Shown: one piece after another, positions 39,771 to 51,071 of the stretch | Layout of the letters: the number at the start of each line of letters is the position of its first letter | Numbering within the stretch: the stretch's first letter is position 1 | Assembly: GCF_002854065.1 (NCBI RefSeq) | Contig: NZ_CP024147.1 | DNA: 64,000 nt | Direction: 5' to 3' (one strand) | Source: Escherichia coli | Lineage (GTDB): Bacteria; Pseudomonadota; Gammaproteobacteria; Enterobacterales; Enterobacteriaceae | Notes under the pieces: generated by a model | Database searches by the model: none | The model's input: only the letters and a program-made list of their open reading frames with translations | Told to the model about the DNA's origin: nothing | Made by a program: the position numbers and the translations under genes

Positions 39771-40676
39771 TTAATAACTCGGTTCCTGTTCCCCACTCAC
39801 CACCCGTTGTTGATGGGCGAGCAGGGCGTGTTTATCTACAACGGCACGCAGCAGTTGTTGCATTGGGTAATCATCGACTCGCGTCAGGACCACGGCTTCG
39901 GTGGCCTGTAAAAATCGCGGATCGTCTGTGAGCGGCGTCGCCTCTAATCCCAGCATGGTCAGTTCGTTTTCCGCCACCACGTTCCAGATAACCGCATCAA
40001 CATCGCCTTTAACAATGCGTTGTAAACTCTCGTGATAAGAGAGATCGACTCGTTCCACATCACTACCGCCAAAAAAGACATCAGTCATGATTTTCTGATC
40101 CGCCGAACGGTTATCCAGCCCCACGCGCTTCACGTTTGCGGACTCGCCTTTACGGCAAATCAACTGGTGCTCGCCAACGTAGGTGTGCGGCCCCAACTCC
40201 AGCGCGAGGCATAACCCTTTTTGCGTGAGATAACTTTCCGCCGCCAGTCGGGAAACCACCGCCATGTCATACACGCCGTTAAGTAAACACTCCACGCGAA
40301 TATCCGCGCCGCGCATATGCGCATAGTAAAAAGGAATGCCATCAAACTGGGCTTTCAATCCGCTCGCTAAACCTTCGTACAAGCGGGTATAGGGCAAAGG
40401 CATCGCACATACCACGTTGTTGATATCCACATGACTCAGCAATGCTTTGTTATCCATCTCGACCAGATAACTGCCATTGCGCCCACGGCGTTCAATCCGT
40501 ATCGCTCCGCTTGATTCCAGCGTTTTCAACGCGGCCTGCGTCAGGCCAACGGATGAACGGCATTCAGTGGCCAGTTCATCTATAGTTTTCAATCGGTTAC
40601 CGCACTTTTCACCCAACAAATAACGGGCCAGCGTCGTGATGACGACGCCTTCTTTTTTGATAAACGTTCGACGCAT
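39771..40676 (-). CDS. yhfZ: Putative regulator YhfZ (N-terminal HTH-like region)
   Basis: ORF track 301 aa; first gene of the cluster by position. Confidence 0.85.
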   Translation of the reverse strand: MRRTFIKKEGVVITTLARYLLGEKCGNRLKTIDELATECRSSVGLTQAALKTLESSGAIRIERRGRNGSYLVEMDNKALLSHVDINNVVCAMPLPYTRLYEGLASGLKAQFDGIPFYYAHMRGADIRVECLLNGVYDMAVVSRLAAESYLTQKGLCLALELGPHTYVGEHQLICRKGESANVKRVGLDNRSADQKIMTDVFFGGSDVERVDLSYHESLQRIVKGDVDAVIWNVVAENELTMLGLEATPLTDDPRFLQATEAVVLTRVDDYPMQQLLRAVVDKHALLAHQQRVVSGEQEPSY

Positions 40677-40792
40677 AATAAATTTTCAGTAAATTGAATA
40701 TTTATATCTTCAGGAATTTGAAGATAAGGCGCAACTGTGAGATGTGGAAACGGCGAGGCGCTTCACATTTTTTCGGATTATTGCAAATGAGG

Positions 40793-40820
40793 ATAAAAAA
40801 ACCGGGTTTCCCCGGTTTTG
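40793..40820 (-). terminator. Rho-independent terminator downstream of trpS
   Basis: ccggggaaacccgg stem followed on minus strand by T8. Confidence 0.7.
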
Positions 40821-40834
40821 GCATTAATGTTAAA

Positions 40835-41839
40835 TTACGGCTTCGCCACAAAACCAATCGCTTCGTACACCGCTTTTAGCGTACGGGAAGCGTGCGCGCT
40901 GGCTTTTTCTGCGCCGTCTTTCATCACCTGTTGCAGGAAGGCTTCATCGTTGCGGAAACGGTGGTAACGTTCCTGCAATTCAGTCAGCATACCGGAAACG
41001 GCATCAGCCACTTCACCTTTCAGATGACCATACATCTTGCCTTCGAACTGTTTTTCCAATTCCGGGATACTCTGGCCCGTTACCGCAGAAAGGATATCCA
41101 GCAGGTTGGAAACGCCCGCTTTGTTCTGCACATCGTAGCGAACTACCGGCGGCTCGTCGGAGTCGGTGACCGCGCGTTTGATTTTCTTCACTACCGATTT
41201 CGGATCTTCCAGCAGGCCAATAACGTTATTGCGGTTATCGTCAGACTTGGACATCTTCTTGGTCGGCTCCAGCAGCGACATTACGCGCGCGCCGGATTTC
41301 GGAATAAACGGCTCCGGCACCTTAAAGATATCGCCGTACAGCGCGTTGAAACGCTGGGCGATATCACGGCTCAGTTCCAGGTGCTGTTTCTGGTCTTCAC
41401 CCACCGGTACCAGATTAGTTTGATACAGCAGGATGTCCGCTGCCATCAGCACCGGATAGTCAAACAGACCAGCGTTGATGTTCTCGGCATAACGCGCAGA
41501 TTTATCTTTAAACTGCGTCATGCGGCTCAGTTCGCCGAAGTAGGTATAGCAGTTCAGTGCCCAGCCTAACTGCGCATGTTCCGGTACGTGGGACTGAACA
41601 AAAATGGTGCTTTTCTCAGGATCGATACCACAAGCCAGATACAAGGCCAGCGTATCCAGCGTCGCTTTACGCAGCTTCTGTGCATCCTGGCGCACGGTGA
41701 TCGCGTGTTGGTCAACGATACAGTAAATGCAATGGTAGTCATCCTGCATGTTTACCCACTGACGCAGCGCACCCATGTAGTTACCAATGGTCAATTCACC
41801 TGAGGGCTGTGCGCCACTAAAAACGATGGGCTTAGTCAT
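40835..41839 (-). CDS. trpS: Tryptophan--tRNA ligase
   Basis: ORF track 334 aa with TIGN (HIGH-class) and KMSKS motifs. Confidence 0.97.
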   Translation of the reverse strand: MTKPIVFSGAQPSGELTIGNYMGALRQWVNMQDDYHCIYCIVDQHAITVRQDAQKLRKATLDTLALYLACGIDPEKSTIFVQSHVPEHAQLGWALNCYTYFGELSRMTQFKDKSARYAENINAGLFDYPVLMAADILLYQTNLVPVGEDQKQHLELSRDIAQRFNALYGDIFKVPEPFIPKSGARVMSLLEPTKKMSKSDDNRNNVIGLLEDPKSVVKKIKRAVTDSDEPPVVRYDVQNKAGVSNLLDILSAVTGQSIPELEKQFEGKMYGHLKGEVADAVSGMLTELQERYHRFRNDEAFLQQVMKDGAEKASAHASRTLKAVYEAIGFVAKP

Positions 41840-42590
41840 TTTTCGATTCCTGATTTTCGCTATGCGGAAGCCCTAATGCGGGCAGAAGGTCATTTATAGA
41901 CTGATAAATTACATCAGGCTGGCTGAGATCGATAGCCTCGCCGTAGTTATATCCGTAGGTTAAGCCAACTGATGGGCAACCTGCCGCTTTTGCTGCCTGA
42001 ATATCATTGCGTGAGTCGCCAACAAACAGCATCTGTTGTGGAGCAATTCCCATCCGCTCAGCCACCAGTAACAGCGGGTCCGGATGCGGTTTTTTGTTTT
42101 GCACATCATCACCACCAATCACCACGCTGAAGTATTTGGCGATATCTAAGGCTTCGAGCAGCGGCGCGACGAACGGCGTCGGTTTGTTGGTGACCAGGCC
42201 TAGCGGCAGGCCTTTAGCCTGCAACGCGCCCAACGTATCGGCAACGTGCGGGAACAAAAACGTCCCCTCTTCGGCAACCTCGCCATAGTAGCGATCGAAC
42301 AGTTTACGCAGAATACGTACCTGTTCTTCTGCCGGAATGTCGTCATCAACGGGCGGTTTACCCATTGTTTTACGCAGAGTCGCACGTTCCTGACGCGCCC
42401 AGGTCAATGCGCGCTCCATCAGAACATCTGCGCCGTTACCAATCCAGGTAATAACGCGTTCTTCACCTGCGACGGGCAACTCCAGCGCATACAGCGCCAT
42501 ATCTACCGCAGCAGCAAGACCGGGAGCACTGTCCACCAGCGTACCGTCGAGATCAAAAGCGACGCCGCGAATATCTTCAAACTTACTCAT
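41832..42590 (-). CDS. gph: Phosphoglycolate phosphatase
   Basis: ORF track 252 aa, HAD motif FDLDGTL. Confidence 0.93.
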   Translation of the reverse strand: MSKFEDIRGVAFDLDGTLVDSAPGLAAAVDMALYALELPVAGEERVITWIGNGADVLMERALTWARQERATLRKTMGKPPVDDDIPAEEQVRILRKLFDRYYGEVAEEGTFLFPHVADTLGALQAKGLPLGLVTNKPTPFVAPLLEALDIAKYFSVVIGGDDVQNKKPHPDPLLLVAERMGIAPQQMLFVGDSRNDIQAAKAAGCPSVGLTYGYNYGEAIDLSQPDVIYQSINDLLPALGLPHSENQESKND

Positions 42591-43260
42591 GACTTACCTT
42601 TGCCAGTTCACTGCGCATTTCATCAATGACTTTTTTATAGTCTGGCTGGTCGAAGATTGCCGAACCGGCGACGAACATATCCGCGCCCGCCGCAGCGATT
42701 TCGCCAATGTTGTTCACCTTCACGCCACCGTCCACTTCCAGACGAATGTCAAAGCCAGACTCGTCGATACGACGACGTACTTCGCGCAGTTTATCCAGTG
42801 TTTGAGGAATGAAAGACTGACCGCCGAAACCAGGATTGACGGACATCAGCAGGATCACATCCAGCTTATCCATCACGTAATCCAGATAGCTCAGAGGTGT
42901 CGCCGGGTTAAATACCAGACCCGCTTTACAGCCATTTTCTTTAATCAGTTGCAGCGTGCGGTCAACATGCTCGGAGGCTTCTGGATGAAAGGTAATGATG
43001 CTGGCACCAGCGGCAGCGAAATCAGGCACAATGCGATCGACAGGTTTCACCATCAGGTGTACGTCGATAGGGGCGGTAATGCCATAGTTACGCAAGGATT
43101 TCAGCACCATTGGCCCAATCGTCAGATTGGGAACATAGTGGTTATCCATGACGTCAAAATGCACGACATCAGCGCCAGCTGCCAGGGCTTTTGCGGTATC
43201 TTCACCCAGGCGGGCAAAATCAGCCGACAGAATTGAGGGGGCAATCAAATACTGTTTCAT
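42583..43260 (-). CDS. rpe: Ribulose-phosphate 3-epimerase
   Basis: ORF track 225 aa [22 protein letters not shown]... Confidence 0.95.
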   Translation of the reverse strand: MKQYLIAPSILSADFARLGEDTAKALAAGADVVHFDVMDNHYVPNLTIGPMVLKSLRNYGITAPIDVHLMVKPVDRIVPDFAAAGASIITFHPEASEHVDRTLQLIKENGCKAGLVFNPATPLSYLDYVMDKLDVILLMSVNPGFGGQSFIPQTLDKLREVRRRIDESGFDIRLEVDGGVKVNNIGEIAAAGADMFVAGSAIFDQPDYKKVIDEMRSELAKVSHE

Positions 43261-43277
43261 CCGCTTCTCCTTGAGAA

Positions 43278-44114
43278 TTATTTTTTCGCGGGTGAAACGA
43301 CTCCTGGTTTGTACAAAGCCAGCAGTTCGTCCACCTTTTTACGTGTGCCGCCGTTGCTGCTTATACTGCGTCGAACTTTGACGACATGCAATTTTGCGCG
43401 CTGATACCACTCACGCGTTAACATCGTATCGTGATTGGAGATCAGCACAGGAATATGGCGATCAACCAGACCTTCGGCGATCTCCGCCAGATGCGCTTGT
43501 TGTTCAAGCGTAAAACTGTTTGTGTGATACGCCGTAAAGTTGGCGGTCGCAGACAGCGGTGCATAAGGCGGATCGCAATAGACGACGGATGCATCATCTG
43601 CGCGCGCCATGCTATCGGCGTAAGACTCACAATAGAAAAAGGCATTCTGCGCTTTTTCAGCGAAGTGATACAACTCTGCTTCCGGGAAATAGGGTTTTTT
43701 GTAGCGGCCGAACGGCACGTTAAACTCACCGCGCAGATTGTAACGACACAGGCCGTTGTAACCGTAGCGGTTCAAATATAAAAACAGTACCGCCCGACGG
43801 AACGGATCCTGGCTTTTGTTGAACTCTTCGCGGAACTGATAGTAAACCTCGGCGCAATTTGTTTCGGGAACAAACAGCTCGCGTGCGGCCTGTACGTACT
43901 CATCAGTACGCATCTTCACAATGTTATAGAGACTGATCAGGTCGCTATTGATATCGGCAAGGATATAACGAGAAAAGTCGGTGTTGAGAAACACCGACCC
44001 GGCACCTACAAAAGGCTCAACCAGACATTCGCCCTTGGGCAAATGCCGTTTAATATCATCAAGCAGGGGATACTTGCCCCCTGCCCACTTCAAAAAAGCG
44101 CGATTTTTCTTCAT
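43278..44114 (-). CDS. dam: DNA adenine methyltransferase (GATC)
   Basis: ORF track 278 aa with DPPY catalytic motif. Confidence 0.96.
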   Translation of the reverse strand: MKKNRAFLKWAGGKYPLLDDIKRHLPKGECLVEPFVGAGSVFLNTDFSRYILADINSDLISLYNIVKMRTDEYVQAARELFVPETNCAEVYYQFREEFNKSQDPFRRAVLFLYLNRYGYNGLCRYNLRGEFNVPFGRYKKPYFPEAELYHFAEKAQNAFFYCESYADSMARADDASVVYCDPPYAPLSATANFTAYHTNSFTLEQQAHLAEIAEGLVDRHIPVLISNHDTMLTREWYQRAKLHVVKVRRSISSNGGTRKKVDELLALYKPGVVSPAKK

Positions 44115-44220
44115 GCTGACTAACTAATTACACCTTCTCCGGCTGTGGAGAAAGCTCCGACAGCATCCAGCGCTTCAGGCAGCTCCCGCAACGATAAACC
44201 ATTGCGGGAGATAACCTTGA

Positions 44221-45507
44221 TTACTTCAGATCGGCCTGTACCTGACGCAGCGGTTTCGCCCACGGGTTTTTGGCCTGGACATCTGCTGGCAATGTAGATA
44301 CCGCTTTTTTCGCCTCTTCTTTCGAAGCGTACACGCCAGAAACCAGGACATACCACGGCTGACCATTACGCGTCGTTTCATAGACAACGTAGTTTTTCAG
44401 ATTCTCTTTCTTCGCCCAACCGTTCAGGTTGTCGTAGTTAGAGGAACTGCTCAGCTGCAGAGTGTAATGGCTGGACGGTGCCGATTTCAACGAACCCACA
44501 TTACCTGCGGTCTTCCCTCCAGCGGCTGGTGTTGCCGTGGTTTGCGCCGGGGATGCCGTCTGTACTGGAGCCGTAGTCGCCGTCTCTTTTGGTGCTGGCG
44601 TAGAAGTCGCAGCCGGTGCCTTCGTGCTCGCCACAGGAGCAGCTGGTTCAGTACGCTTCGGCGTCTGTGCTACCGGCTTCGGTTCCGTTTTCACGGTTGC
44701 TTGCGGTTTTTTCGGTTCAATCACCGCCTGCTGACGAGCTGGACGCGTAGTGGCCGGACGTTCAGCAGTTTGCGTTTTCGCCGTGTCACGCGATGCATTG
44801 CCATTGCGTACTGGCGCGACAGTTGCTGGTTCAGTCGGCAATGTAGAATTGACCGCCACATTGTTCAACTGTTGCTGATTTTGTGGCTGGGTCAGCGCAT
44901 TGTTCAGGTCACCCTGCACTTCAACACGTTGTTGACCATCCGTTGCCGCCGGGGTTTGCCCTTGAGTCGGCGTAGAAGAGATCGGCGGCAGAGAAACATC
45001 CTGCTGAGTATTTTCCGCAGACGTGGTTCCCGGCGCTGGCTGCACGCCATTCGCCTGATCGGTCGCATTGCCAGCAAGATCAATACTCTTCTCGCCAGAC
45101 GCGGTTTGATCGCTGGAAGTGGTCGAGGGGGCTTTTAGCGCAGAACCGATACCGATGATCAACAGCAGTAGAACCAGAATGCCGACGCCCATCATCATAT
45201 ACTGACGAGAAGCGGGTTTACTGGCTGCTTTTTTGCGCTTACGCGGACGACGCTCTACGCGCTCTTCATCCACGGTTTCATCTTCGGACTCGTCAATTTC
45301 TTCTTCGATTTCCGGTTCCTCATTGCGCTCTTTTTGCGCACGAGTCGGACGGCGATCGTCAGTGTCATCAAGTTCAATATCATCAAAATTGATCTGCGGT
45401 TCGCCACGTTCAGTACGCTCAGAACGTTCAGAAGATTGACGAGAACGACCAGTACGACGATCGCTGGGATCGGGTTTCAGCTCGTCTTCTGGTTTGAATT
45501 CATCCAT
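44221..45507 (-). CDS. damX: Cell-division protein DamX (SPOR domain)
   Basis: ORF track 428 aa; acidic N-terminus, single TM, long Pro/Thr/Ala/Gln-rich linker, C-terminal SPOR-like domain. Confidence 0.93.
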
Positions 45508-45598
45508 TTAACACCCCACTAAAAGGTTAATGCTTACCACGTTGCAATTAACCTGAAGCTAATAGACCGCTTGATAAGCGGCCTGACCTTTCTTGTTG

Positions 45599-46687
45599 TT
45601 ACGCTGATTGACAATCGGCAATGGCGTTAAGAACAAGCTCGTGCGAAACACCGCTGCGAACTTCACTCTTACCAATTGCCAACGGAAGAATTAAGCGCAT
45701 CTCTCCCGCAAGGACTTTCTTGTCACGCAGCATATGCGGTAAATACGCCTGCGCGGACATTTCGCGCGGCCCATTGACCGGTAACCCAGCCCGCGTGAGC
45801 AGAGTTATAATACGCTGCGTTTCGGCAGAACTAAACTGCCCGAGACGTTCCGACGTCCGCGCCGCCATCACCATACCCGCAGCGACCGCTTCACCATGTA
45901 ACCAATTGCCATACCCCATTTCAGCTTCAATGGCATGACCAAAGGTGTGTCCCAGATTCAGTAAAGCACGTAACCCGGTTTCGCGCTCGTCGGCGGCGAC
46001 AACTTCTGCCTTCAGTTCACAACAACGGCGAATACAGTACGCCATTGCCGGACCGTCCAGACGCAACAACGCATCCAGATTCTCTTCCAGCCAGTTGAAA
46101 AACGCACCGTCAAGAATAATGCCGTATTTGATGACTTCTGCCAGCCCCGACGCTAACTCACGCGGGGGAAGCGTTTTCAGACAGTCGAGATCCACCACCA
46201 CTGAAGCAGGCTGGTAGAACGCGCCAATCATGTTTTTACCGAGGGGATGGTTGACCGCAGTTTTGCCGCCAACGGAGGAATCGACCTGCGACAGTAACGT
46301 CGTCGGGACTTGAATGAAACGAACACCGCGCTGATAACTCGCCGCCGCGAAGCCGGTCAGATCGCCCACTACGCCGCCGCCAAGCGCCACCAGCGTAGTA
46401 TCGCGACCATGCGGCTTTTGTAACAACGCCGTAAAGACGGTATCGAGTACAGCCAGGCTTTTATACTGCTCGCCGTCAGGAAGGATAACGCTATCGACGT
46501 TAACACCCGCCTGTTCAAGTACGCCGCGGACCTTATCGAGATACAGAGGAGCCAGGGTTTCGTTGGTGACCAACATGACCTGCTCGCCCGATTTCAGCGG
46601 TAAGAATGAAGCTGGTTCATTAAACAAACCAGATGCGATGGTAATTGGGTAACTACGTTCCCCGAGAGTAACGACAATCCTCTCCAT
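45599..46687 (-). CDS. aroB: 3-dehydroquinate synthase
   Basis: ORF track 362 aa. Confidence 0.96.
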
Positions 46688-46743
46688 AACGCGACATCCA
46701 CCTTAATTACTGTACCCGCAGACGAGTGTATATAAAGCCAGAA

Positions 46744-47265
46744 TTAGTTGCTTTCCAGCATGTGAATAATCTGGTTTGCAACCACTTTAGCGCTTTGATC
46801 ATCAGTACGAATGGTCACGTCGGCAATCTCTTCATACAGCGGATTGCGTTCATTGGCCAACGCTTCCAGAACTTCACGTGGCGGTGTTTCAACGTGCAGC
46901 AACGGGCGTTTTTTATCACGCTGCGTGCGTGCAAGTTGCTTTTCGATGGTCGTTTCAAGATAAACGACAACGCCACGAGCGGAAAGACGGTTACGCGTTT
47001 CACGGGATTTCACAGAGCCGCCGCCAGTAGCCAGCACAATACCCTGTTTCTCGGTCAACTCATTGATGACCTTTTCTTCGCGATCGCGGAAGCCTTCTTC
47101 GCCTTCTAAATCGAAAACCCAGCCCACATCAGCTCCGGTTCGTTTCTCAATCTCTTGATCGGAATCGTAAAATTCCATATTGAGTTGTTGAGCTAACTGG
47201 CGCCCAATAGTGCTTTTTCCGGCACCCATAGGCCCAACCAGAAAGATATTGCGTTTCTCTGCCAT
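46744..47265 (-). CDS. aroK: Shikimate kinase I (173 aa)
   Basis: ORF track; start set at [21 protein letters not shown] (P-loop). Confidence 0.95.
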   Translation of the reverse strand: MAEKRNIFLVGPMGAGKSTIGRQLAQQLNMEFYDSDQEIEKRTGADVGWVFDLEGEEGFRDREEKVINELTEKQGIVLATGGGSVKSRETRNRLSARGVVVYLETTIEKQLARTQRDKKRPLLHVETPPREVLEALANERNPLYEEIADVTIRTDDQSAKVVANQIIHMLESN

Positions 47266-47665
47266 TTTTTCGGTACTACTAAGACTATTCGTTAATGATA
47301 AACCCGCTTCGCTCAGAGAGCGCCGCAGGACATGAACTGAAACCTCATAAGATATTGCGAGAGTCAGACTGAAAATTATCTCAATACTCCAGCGGGTTTG
47401 GCAACTGAATAAATCACCCATCCCTCTGCATATCTGGTCGCTGCAAGCGCGCTGCCTTGCTACCACCGCTCTGGCGATAAATCACCGGGTAAGATTAGCG
47501 TAAAAAAGACAGCAAAATGCCGCCTGAATGATAAATCATCATCATGGAACGCAGGCAGCGAAGAGCACCAACTCTCAAATCGGTACTCCTTGTATGCTAA
47601 ATACCTGCGCGCGTCAAATAGATGAAACACGTTCAGCGTAAAAACATTACCGCTTTTACGGCTGT

Positions 47666-48904
47666 TTACTCACTGGAAACCAGTCGTGGCGTGATAAACA
47701 CCACTAACTCGCGTCGTTCATCTTCTTTTCCGTCATGACGAAATAATTGCCCGAACCAGGGAATGTCGCCAAGCAACGGCACGCTATCCTGACCCGATTT
47801 ATTTTTACGGGTAAAAATGCCGCCCAGCGCCAACGTTTCTCCGCTTTTGACCTCGACCTGCGTTTCGATCTCCTGCTTATCAATCGCCAGCACTTCGCCA
47901 TCGGCCTGCTGTAGCACCTGCCCCGGAACGTTCTGGCTGATGTGTAATTTCAGCCGGATGCGACCTTTTTGTAACACCGTGGGCGTGACCTCCATCCCCA
48001 GGACTGCCTCTTTAAATTCCACCGACGTCGCGCCACTTTCCCCGCTGGAAACTTGATATGGAATTTCGCTCCCCTGTTTAATGCTGGCAGGCTGAAGATG
48101 TGAGGCCAGCAGACGCGGACTAGCGATAATATCCAGCTGCTGTTTTTGTTCGAGCGCAGAAAGCTCAAGATCCAGCAAACGTCCGTTGATGCGCCCAATG
48201 TTAAAACCGACATGCGTTGTCGCCGTCGCTACGGAGAGGTCGCTGCCAAGCGTGGTGACTTGCCCAACGCCACCAGCTTGTTGCGCATCGGCCAGCGTCC
48301 ATTTCACGCCTAACTCACGCAAACTTTTTTCATTAATGGTGACAATATGCGCCGACAGCTCAACCTGCCCGACCGGCAGATCCATTTGCGCTACCCACTG
48401 TTCAAGGGCGCTTAACGCCGTTTTGTTATCTCGTAGCAAAAGGCGATTGGTGCGTTTATCGACGGTCATACTCCCTTTGGCACTCAGTAGCTTTTCCCCA
48501 GCTTTCGCCAGCTCTCCGGCGTCGGCGTATTGCAGAGTAATATTGCGATTTTCCAGCGGCAGATTTGCCTGCGCCCGCGCCTGCTCCGCTTCCTGACGGG
48601 CGATATTGTCATTCTGCCAGGCAATGGAATGCACTGAGAGAATGTTGCCCTCCTGGCGCGTTATCAGTCCGGCGCTTTTCACTACAGTTTGTAGTGCCTG
48701 CTTCCAGGGAACATCTGTTAGATGTAACGACACCGTACCGCTGACGTCTGGCGACACCACCAGGTTCAACTTCTCCTGTTCAGCCAGCGCCTGCAACACC
48801 TGAGCTACCGGAACGTCATCCACCATCAGCGTCACTTTTTGCGGCTTTGCCGCCTGTACGCCGGGTATCAGCATCAACAGTAGTGCGGCTATCCATTGCT
48901 TCAT
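47666..48904 (-). CDS. hofQ: Secretin-family outer-membrane channel HofQ (DNA uptake)
   Basis: ORF track 412 aa with signal peptide and secretin C-domain. Confidence 0.9.
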   Translation of the reverse strand: MKQWIAALLLMLIPGVQAAKPQKVTLMVDDVPVAQVLQALAEQEKLNLVVSPDVSGTVSLHLTDVPWKQALQTVVKSAGLITRQEGNILSVHSIAWQNDNIARQEAEQARAQANLPLENRNITLQYADAGELAKAGEKLLSAKGSMTVDKRTNRLLLRDNKTALSALEQWVAQMDLPVGQVELSAHIVTINEKSLRELGVKWTLADAQQAGGVGQVTTLGSDLSVATATTHVGFNIGRINGRLLDLELSALEQKQQLDIIASPRLLASHLQPASIKQGSEIPYQVSSGESGATSVEFKEAVLGMEVTPTVLQKGRIRLKLHISQNVPGQVLQQADGEVLAIDKQEIETQVEVKSGETLALGGIFTRKNKSGQDSVPLLGDIPWFGQLFRHDGKEDERRELVVFITPRLVSSE

Positions 48905-49220
48905 TTGTATCTCCTTGCCGTTGCCACAACCATTGTGGCGGTTCGCAGTTTGTCCCGGTACCCAGCGTTAGTACGTCTGGCGTCAGCTGTAAAATTGTCC
49001 AGCCGTTTTCCAGCACATCGTTTTGCTGCACCCGTCGCCATTTCTTTTGCCCGTCTTTTATTACACCGATGATGCGCTCGCCTCGCCCTACCATCCCCTG
49101 ATAGCGCCACTGGCTAAGTTCGCTAATCCGGCATAGATCTTCCGGCGGTTTAAAAGGGTCACGCATACCGGTTAAAAGGCACAATGCAATACCTGCCAAC
49201 AACCAGCGTTTAACCCTCAT
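48816..49220 (-). CDS. hofP: HofP (134 aa from MRVKRWLL)
   Basis: ORF track 147 aa; internal Met start chosen; overlaps hofQ 5' end. Confidence 0.75.
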   Translation of the reverse strand: MRVKRWLLAGIALCLLTGMRDPFKPPEDLCRISELSQWRYQGMVGRGERIIGVIKDGQKKWRRVQQNDVLENGWTILQLTPDVLTLGTGTNCEPPQWLWQRQGDTNEAMDSRTTVDADTRRTGGKAAKSDADGG

Positions 49221-49650
49221 GCGGCGTCTCCAGTTGTAGGGTGAACAAAAGATCATCACCTTCCACGCTTAATGAAAAACGGCTCACGCTGACGTTGCGC
49301 TCTGCCAGCCGTGTAAATGCCGACGGCACTGCTTCCCACAGCGTTTTCAACGCCAACTCGCCTCCCTGCGCGGATGGATGCCAGGAAACCAGTTGCGCGC
49401 CGGATAACTGAAAATCCAGTGGCGAAAAGGGCAGCGTTTTTTCCTCGCTGAAGGGAGTGGTGTCTACCAGGCGATACAGTGCGGCCCACTGCTGGTGATG
49501 ACTTGCCCGTAGTCGAATTAATGCGTCGCTCTCTTCATGATGTGTCGATGACAGAAAAATGAGCGTAACTAACATCAGCAACCAGACTGCCCAGCAAAGC
49601 TGGCGGAGACGGGGTGATGTGGCGAACCACCAGTCAAAGAACATGTTCAT
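49210..49650 (-). CDS. hofO: HofO (PilO-like)
   Basis: ORF track 146 aa with N-terminal TM. Confidence 0.8.
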   Translation of the reverse strand: MNMFFDWWFATSPRLRQLCWAVWLLMLVTLIFLSSTHHEESDALIRLRASHHQQWAALYRLVDTTPFSEEKTLPFSPLDFQLSGAQLVSWHPSAQGGELALKTLWEAVPSAFTRLAERNVSVSRFSLSVEGDDLLFTLQLETPHEG

Positions 49651-50173
49651 CGCTAACCTTCCTTGTTAACTGATACTCAAATTGCCAGCGTCCCTGCGCA
49701 TCCTGCTGCGTGGCCCCCCGCTGATTGAGATGAAAAGACGCATCCTGGCGGAGTGACGTTTCCAGTGCGTTTAACGCGGTAATGCTTGTTGTCAGCCCCT
49801 TGATCTCCAGCGTTCCCTGCTGCCAGCTTATCGTTGTCAGCCAGGCGTGCTCGGGTAAAAGCGCCGCCAGTGCTTCCAGCGCAGATTGCCAGTCGCGGGT
49901 AAATTGTCGCTGGCGCTGCCGTTGCAAACGCTGTTCGCGTAACTGCTGTTGCTGCAGCAAACGTGGTTTCGTTATCTGTAAGCTGCGGGCGAGTTGTTGT
50001 TCCCCCTGAAGCAAAACGGCGTCTACGCGAGCTTCGGCGCTGCTTGTCAGACGCAGTATTAGCGTTATCCCGACGGCCAGCAGCAGAGGCGCAACGAACA
50101 TCAGCAACCAGAAACGAAGAAAAGCGGTCCGGCGTTGCTGTCGCCAGGGCAAAAAATTAATTGGCGGGTTCAT
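49634..50173 (-). CDS. hofN: HofN (PilN-like)
   Basis: ORF track 179 aa with N-terminal TM and coiled-coil. Confidence 0.8.
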   Translation of the reverse strand: MNPPINFLPWRQQRRTAFLRFWLLMFVAPLLLAVGITLILRLTSSAEARVDAVLLQGEQQLARSLQITKPRLLQQQQLREQRLQRQRQRQFTRDWQSALEALAALLPEHAWLTTISWQQGTLEIKGLTTSITALNALETSLRQDASFHLNQRGATQQDAQGRWQFEYQLTRKVSDEHVL

Positions 50174-50952
50174 CAGTACGCCTTCCCAAGCGCCAGCCCC
50201 AGCGCGATGGCAAAGTCTCCACCTGGCGGCGGTAACGGCGGCTGACGAACAGAAACGGCCTCCCAGGGATCAAATCCGCCTTCGCCACATATCGCGACGC
50301 TTTCGGGATCAACGGATAACGCTGCCGCCAGCTCCTTCGCGCTAGTCATCCCCACCGCCAGTTTGCGCCCCCAGCGATAGCGCGTCGCCCACAGCCACTG
50401 TTCGTTATCACGCCAGGCCAGACATTGCTGATGAGAAGGTAAAAAAGGCAGGAATCGCTGTAATGCACTGGCATCCGGGGTGATCGCACTAACATGAACA
50501 CGCAACCTTTCTGCCAGAGTAAGCAGCGTTGCCAGCTCTTTGCTTTGCGCGGCAGTCACGTTATAGGCGGGACTGAGTGAGTCTTCGCTGTAATCGAAGC
50601 GCAGGGAGTCCGGATCCATATCCAGCTCGCGGGCCATCGTCCCGGAAAGCCAGGCCGTTTGCTCCCGCTCACCGAGGGACATCGGCGGGCGCGGAAATGA
50701 CCGCTGTAATGTGCGACTGGCGGGAAACGCCAACATGATGTGATGGCGCTGCGGCAGTTCGCGACTCCACGGTAACAACGTTTTAGCCAGCCGCTGCGCA
50801 TCAACAATCCGCCCATCTTTGATAATGTCGTGCGCCAGCGGCAACCGCCACCAGCGTTGCAAAAAGCATTCTTTTGCGCCCCGCACAATAGCAACCGCTA
50901 CCGCTTCTTGCTGTTGTAAATGCAAACCAATTTGCCAGATCTTAAATGCCAT
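50173..50952 (-). CDS. hofM: HofM (PilM-like; 259 aa from MAFKIWQIG)
   Basis: ORF track 268 aa; internal Met start chosen. Confidence 0.8.
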   Translation of the reverse strand: MAFKIWQIGLHLQQQEAVAVAIVRGAKECFLQRWWRLPLAHDIIKDGRIVDAQRLAKTLLPWSRELPQRHHIMLAFPASRTLQRSFPRPPMSLGEREQTAWLSGTMARELDMDPDSLRFDYSEDSLSPAYNVTAAQSKELATLLTLAERLRVHVSAITPDASALQRFLPFLPSHQQCLAWRDNEQWLWATRYRWGRKLAVGMTSAKELAAALSVDPESVAICGEGGFDPWEAVSVRQPPLPPPGGDFAIALGLALGKAY

Positions 50953-51071
50953 TGTGATGATCTCCTTATCACCCGTCACTCTGACGGGTATATCAATGCG
51001 TCTGGCTTGCCTTTATACTACCGCGCGTTTGTTTATAAACTGCCCAAATGAAACTAAATGGGAAATTTCCA

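Noticed and set aside
40694-40879. 61-aa ORF in the yhfZ-trpS intergenic region
   Set aside because: Low-complexity Arg/Lys-rich translation spanning the trpS terminator hairpin and overlapping the trpS 3' end; no RBS.
44467-45522. Several ORFs antisense to or frame-shifted within damX
   Set aside because: Generated by the low-complexity Pro/Thr/Ala/Gln-rich and acidic segments of damX; damX itself is intact in its own frame.
50954-50972. TGTGA...TCAC motif at the hofM start considered as a CRP site
   Set aside because: Half-site spacing is about 10 nt, not 6, and the motif overlaps the proposed hofM start codon.
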